Source: Phoronis australis
Taxonomy: Eukaryota; Animalia; Phoronida
NCBI GenBank assembly: GCA_002633005.1
Contig: NMRA01000244.1
Coordinates: forward strand, 1-64,000
DNA: 64,000 nt
Reading direction: 5' to 3'
Shown: positions 1 to 10,828 of the stretch, in pieces
How the letters are laid out: every line of letters starts with the position of its first letter
Numbering within the stretch: position 1 is the stretch's first letter
The notes under the pieces: generated by a model
What the model saw: the letters and a program-made list of their open reading frames with translations, nothing else
Told to the model about the DNA's origin: nothing
Database searches by the model: none
Program-made: the position numbers and the translations under genes

Positions 1-1109
1 CCGCTCATGATGTAGATGCGCTTGTAATGTACAGGACAATTCACTGAGACACAGATGGGTAAATAACGTTCCTACTCACCCTGTCGATAAGGTGAATACT
101 TCAGCAAAGGCGGCGACAGTCTAGATGGCTGACAAGACGTGTCCTTACACATTGACGAGTGGTAAGTTGGAGTCCATAGCACAGACTGGACTGTACATGT
201 ATGCGCAGTGGACTTGATTCGCAATGAATAAATATTACGTATTAAAATGCAAATGGCGGACTTGCGGTAGGAGACTTATTCACGTCAATCAATTTTCACT
301 AAGCCTGGCGTGCGTCTACCCTTTGATTCCGAAAAACTACATGCATTACATTTAGGATTAGAAAACCTGTAACTGCGAATTTCGGAAAGATACTTGAAGC
401 AGTTTTTCGCATTTTTCATAAATGCCACTACATTCTGAATTTTGCTGAAAATGTAATTGCGTCAAACGGCACCAAAGGTCTCATTAATTATAATGTATAA
501 AGATGCAAAAATTTTGGATGACTGCCTGACTAAATAATCCACCGCAAATGAGGGATCCAAATTCTAAAACCTATGACTTCTTTATATTGTAAAAATCATT
601 TGAATCATTGAAAGTATTGGCTAACTTCAATTATACAACTTTTTTTCATTGTCTTTTCATGATATCATAAAGTGGGCCCAACTTTTTGTCTCGTAAATTG
701 CGCACAGCGCAAAGGGGATTGTAGATGGGCGTAGCGAGGTGAATGGGGGAAGATGGTCAGGAGGGGGTTCTCCCTTCCACCCAGGGGAAAATTTGTTCTT
801 GCCTCTGAAAACAAGCAATTTCCTTGATTTCTGAAGTATAATCAGCCCTTGGCGGCTCTACCTGGCCAGGTCGCCATTTGCGACTATTGAGGCAAAATTT
901 CACGACCCAAAACATTTTCTAAAATCTGACGTCGCCGCACGGCAACTTGACTCGTCAAGTTAATTGACACTATAAAAAGCCCTTGGTTCTAAACTTTCAC
1001 CTGCATTGCGTATTTTTGCCCCGATGTCGAACAGATACACAAGCACTTACGTAATTTATGTGGTCACGGGGCATACTCAAATGACTTATTCATAGTTCAT
1101 GCCGAGTAC

Positions 1110-2066
1110 TAGGCAATGACCATCGCCTCTGTTGGCCCGACCAGAGGTGATGCAGCTCCTATAGGCGCTCCATACGCCGGAAGCTTTTCCGCGAATTATG
1201 CCTCGCACTGGCTAAAGCATGAAAGTCACGCTGTTATAAATACCTTTTGCGTATAGAGGGACACCTTAGGAGGTTGGCAGTGTGTTTAATTCCTTCCAAC
1301 TCGAACAAATACTTCCGTTATCGAACTTTTTGTTCGAGCAGTCACTCGTTCAGTTCCCAAAATTGTGAACTCACCATTTTTATACTGTGCACGCTCCAAT
1401 TGTTACCGCGCTCGCTAGGTATTGTGACTTAATGACCTCAATCTTTAAATAGGCCAAAGGTGAGCCATTGCAGTCTTGTCAATCAAATATTCGTTTCCAA
1501 AATGCCACCACTGCTCGTCTTTAATTGGCGTTACTTGAAACTGATTGTATTTCAATGAATTACTGTAGTGTTTGTATTTGATAAAAATAAATGCTGTTGA
1601 TATGACATTTAATAGTGTTTGTGCACATATTTTGACATTTTAATGTTTAACAACACGGCAAATGCACGGCTGGTTCCCGGCAGCACGTACGCAAAGGGCG
1701 GGGACTTCAGCTTTCAAAGTTCGCCGGTAGGACCGCAACTTCTGACCTTCGGCCTGGTTAAAAGAATGAGGTCATATCTCTTGGCGTGCGCAGAGTTAAA
1801 ATGTTGAGTTCAGGATTTTGGGAACTAGGACTGCTCCAAGAAAAAGTTTGATAACGGGAGTATTTGTTCGAGTTGGAAGGAATTAAACACATCGACAACC
1901 TCGATCTAAGGTGTTCCTCCCATGCGCAAAAGGTATTTATAACAACGTGACTTTGATGTTTTAGTCGGTGCGAGGTATAATTCGCCGAAAAGCTTCCGGC
2001 GTATGGAGCGCCTATAGGAGCTGCTTCGCCTCTGGTCCGGCCAACAGAGGCGATGGTCATTGCCTA
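1110..2066. mobile_element. Non-autonomous long-TIR (MULE/foldback-like) element
   Basis: ~285-bp inverted arms (1110-1395 and 1785-2066); flanks GCCGAGTAC / ACCGAGTAC. Confidence 0.8.
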
Positions 2067-4546
2067 ACCGAGTACATGATAACACTCTGTGCGTTAGCAA
2101 ACAACTTAACAATTCTTTTTAAGCATTTAAACAATTTAACCACGGCATTGCAGCTTGTGATTTTAAATTCTTTTGTACAACCAGTTTTTGTGTTTAAAAC
2201 GGTCTGAAGCTGCCCAAAAGACCAAATCCATTTTCGTGATGGCATTATCCACGCGCTTGGCTTGAAAATCGTCTGATTTTAATGCTTGACAAAGAGAGAA
2301 TTATGAGTTTCGGAGTGCTCGATTAAATTTACATCTTACCAGCAGCTTCTGTTTCTTCATCGTCACTCAAGTTCCGGTTTCTTTGCAAAAATGAAGCAAT
2401 TTTTCTCATTGCACCGTAGTGAAGCAGGCGACGGAAACGGAGTGTTAGTGCGCAGCGATTCTGCCGGTCGCTTGGGATAACACGCGCATATCGATGGGGA
2501 GCGGCGTTATACCTGCTACTTACTCTTCTCGATCATCAATAGCAAAACGTTAAATTTTCTAAATCCAATAATCATCTGTAGCAACCTGAAAACACCGTTT
2601 GTTTATGAAGGTAGGCTTTTCTCTCCGAGTTACAAAATTTTAAGGCCCGGCCGCCATCGCACCCCAACCAGTGTACTAACCGGACACTCTTCGTCAATGC
2701 CCACAAAAGACACTTCTTCTACTGTTCGACAAGGCCTAGGTGGACTGAAAACGAAACGATTATTATTAAGGGTAAACATGATAAGGCCCGTATCAAGTGG
2801 AAATTAAGTTAAACATGCCCGGACCTATGTCAACTCGGCATAGTAGACTGAGGAGGAACACAGTCCCAGGTACCTGGAACATTGTTTCAAATAAGACACA
2901 CATTGAGTTTAGCTAGTTAACATTCAGGTCATAACTCACTTCAATACACAACAATGTCACATGGTTTAGACAGGTAGCAGTTCCACAAAATGTCACTGAG
3001 ACTATAAATCGCCTGAGCATATAATTAAGACCGCACGCCAGTATCCAACATCGTGCGTTTTCCAAATTGAATATTTACTAATGTTCGGCATGACTTGCTA
3101 TGGGGAAAGACACGTGCATGCAATCACCGGCTCTCAACAAAAAACAAAATCTTGCCCGTGCGAAACACTTTTACACGACTTCGTTTGACAGCGCACTTCA
3201 TAGACTATAACTCAGATTATAGAAATGAATCTCCTAAAAGATGTTCCGTACACTCACTTGTTAAGTTTTACGTAACGGGCAGCAACAGTTAGGGTAGCTT
3301 AGTGTCCCTAAAACTACTCCAAAATTGGTTTTCTAGTTTCCAAAGAATGGACATTTTGAATCAGACCTTGGTAGTGTATAATATTTGGAAGGAAACAAAA
3401 GAAGCATTAAATTTGATTCAATTTAATTATTTCCTGTAAAACCATGCAGTGGAATTTCAGCTGCAGTTTTCAGCGAAAACACCTGTCAGTGAGCTAAAAC
3501 TCAGGAGAGTCCAGTTGTTGATCAACAGGTTATATCGTGAAGAAAGGTAAGTCTGCCTGTCTCCTTTCAGGCAAACGGGCAGTTTTCCATACTGTATGTT
3601 GCCATGCACAATATGCATAGGCGGATTTGGGGGGAGGGGCACGGGGCCCGCCCCCCCACCCTTTGGCTGCCGCCAAAAAATAGAACGGGAAGACAGCAAG
3701 AGCGTGAGGAAACATTGGGTTTATTAATTAACCTCTGTAATGACGAAGCGGCCGCAACAAGGTGTAGGAAGCGTCTCCCCGTTTTTTTTTTCGTTTTTTT
3801 AGTCGTGCGGTTGCATATCAGCAAGGAGGTCTACATTGTCAGAAGTCCAAGCCCCCAATCATTTCAGGCTGGGTGAGCACATGCAGTCGTGCTTTACGCG
3901 ATTGCCCGAGACAAAATGTTGGCCCCCCTTATGGTATCCTAGATCCGCCACTGTATATGTTGTAGGCATGTCACAGTGCCATCCAGTAGCTTACTCTTCA
4001 GCCTATGGTAAGCTGGGCAACAGTCTACCAGGTGTTTAGGTGTTTCAGCGTCAGTACCACATGCAGGACACTGGGCTCCACATTCTGATATGTCTAGTGA
4101 TGAAGTGATGTGTCTACGTTACCGTGACCTGTAAAAAATTGAATGGCGTGTCTTATGCGGCATGCCAAGCCTGTCTCGGAAGGTTTTCTGAACCTTTTGG
4201 TTTGATCACAAGTCGGAAAGTTCATCTTGATTTCTCTGCACGAGTTGAGCATTGCCCACAGGACTGCTGCGTACGGCTGCAGTCACGGTCAACGTAGATG
4301 TGACTACTGTATTAGACCGGTAGCCGCTTTAGTCTCAAGTCTGTTTCTTCTAAGACGGTCGTAAGCTAAGGGTTCCTAGGTTTTAACTTGCAATAGTTAT
4401 ACCGTGACTGGCGTCGACGTTAGTAAAAACTGGATAAGAAATCCTACACTAGTCTCAGGTTTATGACGTGGCAAAACCTCTTGGAAAATTCAGCTCTCTT
4501 TGCAAATATTCAAGTTAGAATCTAATGAATAGCCTTTGAAGTTGTA

Positions 4547-4972
4547 CAGGGGCAGATCCAGGATTTTGAGTTGGGGGGGGGGGGNGATACACAGCAATCA
4601 GATGAGCCGCTCTGAAATCCGCCAAAGAGCAAATTTTCTGACAAATATTGTGAGTCAGTCCGATGCCACCAACGACAACAAGAAGCCGTTAACAGACTTT
4701 TTTGAAACAAGATGGGCAGCGCGACACAGTGCCTTTTCTCATTTTCATCAGGTGATGTTTGCATTGTGAAAGCCTTTGAACTCATTGCCCACAGACAGAC
4801 AGCACTATATATGAGGAGTACCAGGGGCGGAAATTGAGTTAGCTGGGGCCAGGACAGAGTATCAGCCAGGATTTTGCCCGTCAGACATTCGCACACCCGT
4901 ACTGTCAAATGGAATCTGGGAGAATTTTAGGGGGGCCATGGCCCCTTTGGCCCCCCTCTAAATCCGCCACTG
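4547..4972. mobile_element. CAG..CTG MITE with 5-bp TSD TTGTA
   Basis: CAGGGGCAGAT...ATCCGCCACTG; homologous to 8334-8479 plus an internal insert. Confidence 0.75.
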
Positions 4973-5349
4973 TTGTAATATTAACCTTAAAATATGTTTT
5001 TAAATAAGTCAACAAGGCCTCCACGCGCGTGAGCACTGAACTGACCTTGAGACAGCACAGCTAGACACTCTCGCTGCGTTTCTTGAGTTGGGGCTAGTCT
5101 CCGTTCGAATGGAACGTGGATATGGAATTCGCCGTCGATGATGGGTCCGTTTAAGAAGTTGTTTGCATGTCCTTCCTTCTTGGAGTAGGCCTACGTACAG
5201 TAGCGACACCCGATTTGTCGATCATAACCTTGTCACCTTCTCGGAATTCCGGCATTGTTTGGTTGGCGCGCGTTTGGTTGTTTTAGAGTTTTGCTGTCGA
5301 TAAAATGCAAGGCGTATGAGTTTCTACCTTGCACTACTTTGTGATTGGC

Positions 5350-5543
5350 CCGTGTAATATCAAAAAATTACGTACTTGGTGTTATACCACAATATTAGCC
5401 TCGAATGGCAGATACAACCATGTAATAACCCATAAAGTTATCTCACTAGTGAGATAACATTTTGACGGGAAACCGAGGCCGGATTCGAACCCGGGCCTCA
5501 AGAGTTGCGAGTAGCCGACTTTACCACTACGCCACTCAGCGGC
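5350..5543 (-). mobile_element. tRNA-derived SINE
   Basis: Minus-strand A-box TGGCGTAGTGG and B-box GGTTCGAATCC; no valid acceptor or anticodon stems; left boundary approximate. Confidence 0.65.
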
Positions 5544-5576
5544 TGACGTCATCGAACGCGAAAATAGAATACTTAA

Positions 5577-7248
5577 AGCAGAATGCCACCCGGTTTAATA
5601 AGTCTTTTTTACCGTCTTAATCGATCTATATCCACATCGCCTCGCATACGGTCGACCTTACCTTGCCAAGAGTTGTCGCGTTAACCTGTGAGGAAGGTGA
5701 GAAACGACGCTAGCGACGTCAGTGGTTCATCTGCAGAGTGAATGCCGCTATGTTGCGGTGCATCGTTCTCGCTTGTCCGAGCTATGCAGCTGCGAGGAAA
5801 GCGGGTATATCGCTTTTTTCGACTTCCCCGAGAGTCCGAAATGCTTAGAAAGTGGCTCGTGGTAGTGAAGAATGAAAAGTACGCGGTAAATAGCAGGTAT
5901 GAGGCCGTGAAACATCTCCGTGTCTGTGGCCAGCAGTCGTCGACAGTGCCTGACGAATGCTCATGGCTTACCAAATAACTATCCATACGTTCCGTTGTCT
6001 GAGCTTGTTCACGGCGCCTCTTCATCACTGTATTCCTGTTCGAATTGATAGCCTGTGAAACTTAACGATCCACCTGCGAAGTCTTCGTCGGGTTCGACTG
6101 ATGAGCTCTCGTCTAAGTCACACGGGATTGCCGTTGCCATGTCGATGTTTGTTACTGAGCGTTCTGTTTCAAAACGAATTATTCTCACCCTAACCAATGC
6201 TTATATAAAACTTAAACAAAGTCTGCCTCATTAGATGCAATTTGTAATGCCTTTGGAGTGTTCGTGAGTGCAAATGATTTGAGAAGCCAGCAGTGAATAA
6301 ATCACTGCGTTACCGGCTTTTAATTGACGGGACCCCGAGGCCGTATGAGCTCATGCTAATTTAAGTGTTTGCAGGCAAAAACTGTTGTGAAACAACTCAG
6401 TCGATTTCCATCCCACGGCCTGGTGTTAGGGGAGTCTTTAATTACATTTACATTATTAGAATAATGATTGTCAATGTAGATCTTCTGCCCTGACGGTGCT
6501 TTGGCCAAAGCGAAACCTGAATTCGCAGCCCCCGACGAGTAAGTAGATTTGCAGTTTCGTGGGTAATTCATCAACATAATCACATGCACATTACCTTGGC
6601 TCACTAGTATAGTATTTTCTTGACTGGAAGTTTAGTTTCCAACTTTGACTGGTTTATGTTCGTGATGTCTGATCAGTTTCCGAGCCACTGGCAGGCGGGA
6701 TAACGAGTCAATACGGCCGGCCGGCCGCTGCGACGGGCCTGATCGGGCTCCAAGCCACTGGCCAGAATAACAAGCGTTTTGTGTGTTTAGAACTCAAAAA
6801 ATCACAAGTCTAAACAACACAGGTTCTCCTGTCTGTATCTCACGGAAAATATTTCGAATTTATCTCCGAACAAGCCCCAAACTCCTGCTACGGACCATAT
6901 TGGCCTGCCGAACTTTGTAGGCCGGTGTGCCCAAATACCTATAAATCCGTAACAGCGAAATAAAACAACACGTTTTCATAAGTACTTAGTGCATTTTTAA
7001 GGGTTTTACATCGAAGTTTGATGATCTATTGATGTTAAACGATGAAGTCAAGCCATAAGCTGACACCAGTAACCCGTGTTGTGGACTGCTGAACAGACTG
7101 CGTGTGAAACCAATTACGTCATTGGATAATTTCAACACCTTCGTCTGTCGTTAGGTGTCAGGTAACGCAACCGTACTAGGCGTTATGGAGTAGAACTACT
7201 CGATCTAAATTGATAAAAATTAGGTTGTTTTTTGGGTGGCATTCTCCT
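5577..7248. mobile_element. Internally deleted Kolobok-like DNA transposon
   Basis: TTAA on both sides; TIRs AG(C/G)AGAATGCCACCC; THAP relic on + and acidic YQFE relic on -. Confidence 0.8.
5742..5935 (+). pseudogene. Truncated THAP zinc-finger (transposase N-terminus)
   Basis: MPLCC..FFRLP..LRKW..HLRVC; cut off before the terminal HF. Confidence 0.75.
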
Positions 7249-8333
7249 TTAAATGAGCACGCGCAACAATCGCATGTTCAGCAAAGGGCATTGCATCGAC
7301 ATTTATACGCTATGAAAAATAAGACACATAATTTCCATAAAAACGATATTTTAATTCAGTGGAAATTTTCTGTCGTGTTCTTCCACTTGTAAATCAGCGA
7401 TCTCCAATTTGAATGTGGGTATCGTGTCGTCGGGATCCTTTGACTTGAGCATTATACTCAGTTACTATTGGTAACCTACTTTAGCAGACGATATTTTCCC
7501 GGTGGAAGCTCAGCGTGATAAAATGTGTAGTGAGCTATAATAGTTGCTAAACCTCAATTTATAGATTCACTTTATTTCTATTTTGTTTAGATTTTGAGTA
7601 AACGCATTAAGGTAGATCGATTCATTGCAATGTTTCTCGTTCAGTATGCGGTATAATCGGGCGAAAATTCTCCAAAATCCACTCGGGCTCTAGATAACGG
7701 GGGTTAACGACTTCGCCATGTAATACTCTATATTTATTATTATGAACCAGTCAGCAACGTATTCTGGTAACCTCGGCAGGGGTTATGACTTTTTTGCCAC
7801 AATATCTCATGCTCAATTCTTTGTTCTTTTATAATGTCGTTTTAATATGTATTCTTGCACTCACTTATCGGGACATTGGTCCGCGTTCTTAAAGCAACTC
7901 AAGCCAGTATAACTACAAGTCTATCGAGCACCTACATGTAAGTCCTAGTGTCAAGTGACTGATACACTTTTGATGTTCGCATAGACAAGCCTATGATAAG
8001 ATATCTAGCATGTACCAGGCTAGACCCAGGTTATAGACGACACTGATCGAGACCTGCCTACGACTTTCATACTTATATTTTAGCGACTCTTGAAATCATC
8101 TGCAGTGGCTATCAGTAACTTTGCATCTTCTGACCCACCTGCATAAAGTGTCTTCCATATTGATCCCGTGCATGTAAATCGCAAACAAGCGCGTGCGGAA
8201 AGTCGTCTGCCAAGGGTATACCTGGGCAACAGCGATCCTAGCGGCCGAATATCGAAGACCACAGGAGTTTAATCAGAGCATATAATACTTTACTGAATGT
8301 GGTATGCTCAGAAGCAGTTCACCTTTTCCTGTT

Positions 8334-8479
8334 CAGGGGCAGATCCAGAATTTTGAGTTGGGGGGCAGGGCAGAGTATTAGCCAGGACTTTGCCCCTCAG
8401 ACATTCGAACCCCCGAACTGCCCAATGGAATCTTGGAGAATTTTAGGAGGGGCCATGGCCCCCTCTACATCTGCCAATG
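8334..8479. mobile_element. MITE of the same family, 5-bp TSD CTGTT
   Basis: Aligns by eye to 4547-4580 plus 4845-4972. Confidence 0.75.
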
Positions 8480-10321
8480 CTGTTACTTGTCAGGATAAAA
8501 AACATAGATTAAAATGTTGGTCTTTGAAAATAACAAACAACCGTCATTTAAGGCATTAACTAAATCGCAAAAACGTACATCAAACTGCACAATTTGAGGA
8601 CCCACGACGCCGCGACGCTAAGTTATGAGCGGTCCAATCAACCCCAAATCCACCTAAAGCCTATGTAAAGCACAACTGAGGCCCTTAGCCTCATGAAATA
8701 TTTAGATTTCTTTTAGGTTTGACGTGCCTGATTTAGTTTTTCCTGAACCCTCAGCTTTCTTAGGCCCATAGTATGCTTGAAGAACAAAGCCTATCAAGGC
8801 CTCTAGTAAATATGACTGTTTGATGTTTATCGGGACTATAGAATTTCATTTTGTTCACACCAAATCAACCGATCTAATGATTTCACCTCAGCTTAGTAAC
8901 CTAATCAGATAAGCAGTGTGAACCATTAAGTCTGTTCCAATGTGTACAAACAGTCGTTTATTCAAGACATTATTTCGCCATTTCTCACAAGTGTGTGTCA
9001 TGAATAGATCTATTTTCAAAATAAACAATTTAACTGATAAGCAGAAGGCAACGTATATTCAACTCCATTTAGACTATATTTAGCGACGCTTTCATACTCT
9101 ATTATTGGTCAATTATTTCGCGACACGGTATTTCATACAATTTGAATGGGAGACTGGGCACGGACCATTGTCACCATAAATTATCAATACACTCGATAGA
9201 TTCTCCGTTGCCAATGACTCCTCCGGGGCTCACAGGCTTCTAGTATCATGAAGTGGAAGTCGAACGGGTTGGAGTGAGGCAAGTCTGAGCAGTGATTCGC
9301 GCTATCAAAAGCACAAGAGACTTGAACAACAGTATTTTGAATAACACGTACGAAACACGAAACAGTACAGGTAGGTTTAACAACTTCATTCCACAAATAC
9401 CCCGGTATGTCGATGTTTTGAGCTCTGATGGCCAAAAACAAACATTAATGCCTGACAGATCCATGTGTACGGACATGAACTAACATGATGTTTAGGTTAT
9501 ATAGGACCAAGGGACTATGGAAATGTCGGTACATCCTCACAATAAAAAACTCAAGAAGGCTTCTAAAGTTTGATTCTTGACTTGAATATGCCAATCTGGC
9601 GTTGATTGAGTAAAATTTATCAAAAAGAAAAGTACAATCATATCAAAACATCAGAAAAATCACATGACCCAATATAAAAGTTCAAGATGAAATCTCGAAA
9701 ACGTTTTTACATGTTTTCATTTCCTTTTCGTTTCATGCAAAGTTTCATCGTTTCAGTAGAACAGTGCACAAAGCACAGCATCTGAAAGTCTCGTGTGAAT
9801 ACGATTTCTGAGATGAAGTTAATAAATACTGGACATTTTTTTCTAATCTCCTACACGTTCGTAACCATAAAATGTACCTGTGAGTGACCCTCACAATCCT
9901 CTGAACTGTGGGTATAACACCTCTCTTGTTTTTTCCGTCTTCTCTGAGAAGCTTCAACGAGAGCAGATTCAAATCTTTCTAATAACTCGAAGTATGTGTA
10001 ATGATGTCTGATTAGTATTTGACATGAAGTCTGTGACTTGAAACATTAATTCCCCACGACTACTATTTTGATGGAGGACTAGAGCCGAGCGTTATCAAGA
10101 CCCTATTTAATATCACACACAGACAGGCAGTTGCCAGCTTCACACGTGTATGTTTAGATACAACAGCCTTGTTACAGTCAACATGTCACAGGGTAGATGT
10201 ACCATTGACAATTTCTTCTGGGCATTTCTTCAATCAATTAGCGAGAACACGTCGCTTGTTTGATTTGGTGAAAAACAATCGCCTGTGTATCTTACACTTT
10301 TACAGGTTCAAGACCTCCGCT

Positions 10322-10828
10322 ATGTTTACGGTAACGTACAACGACATGCTTCGGCGAGACATTCGCTATGTGTACTTTGGCACACCGATCGACATGAAAT
10401 ACCGTCACTCTAGCGACTATCCAACGTTCGCAGAGTTAAAGCGACAAGAGGACGACACTGAAATGAAACGTGCTGTCCTAAAGGCGGCCGCGAAGGCTTA
10501 CAAACCCGCGGAGTTGCCGTATGCGCCCGCATTCAGAACGGTGACAAGAGCGGAAGCAGATGAAATTGCAAAGCGCTTGTACAGTCGGGGTACGTTATGT
10601 CGTACAGGGATGCCACAGGAGGCGAAAAAGAAAGAATCTCTATCATCGAAGGAGAAAAAGTCGAAGTCTGCCAAACAAAAGGAACACTCGGAACGCTTGT
10701 CAGCCCTCAGCACGCTATCGAGCAAAGTTCGTGCAGCTCAATATGATGAAACCATGGGACTTTTGAACTCTGAAGTTTGCGGTCCAAAGAAGACCGCCTA
10801 CGGTTTGAACGCGGTAGTAGCAGTCTAG
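10322..10828 (+). CDS. Uncharacterised basic 168-aa protein, single coding exon
   Basis: Open frame that reads as natural protein; acceptor cacttttacag| at 10305 just before the ATG; AATAAA at 11548 and near 11684. Confidence 0.7.
   Translation: MFTVTYNDMLRRDIRYVYFGTPIDMKYRHSSDYPTFAELKRQEDDTEMKRAVLKAAAKAYKPAELPYAPAFRTVTRAEADEIAKRLYSRGTLCRTGMPQEAKKKESLSSKEKKSKSAKQKEHSERLSALSTLSSKVRAAQYDETMGLLNSEVCGPKKTAYGLNAVVAV

Noticed and set aside
5472-5543. tRNA gene
   Set aside because: A and B boxes are present, but acceptor and anticodon stems do not pair; better explained as a SINE head
10169-10321. N-terminal extension of the 219-aa ORF
   Set aside because: Non-ATG start, and the region lies upstream of a splice acceptor at 10305 or in the UTR
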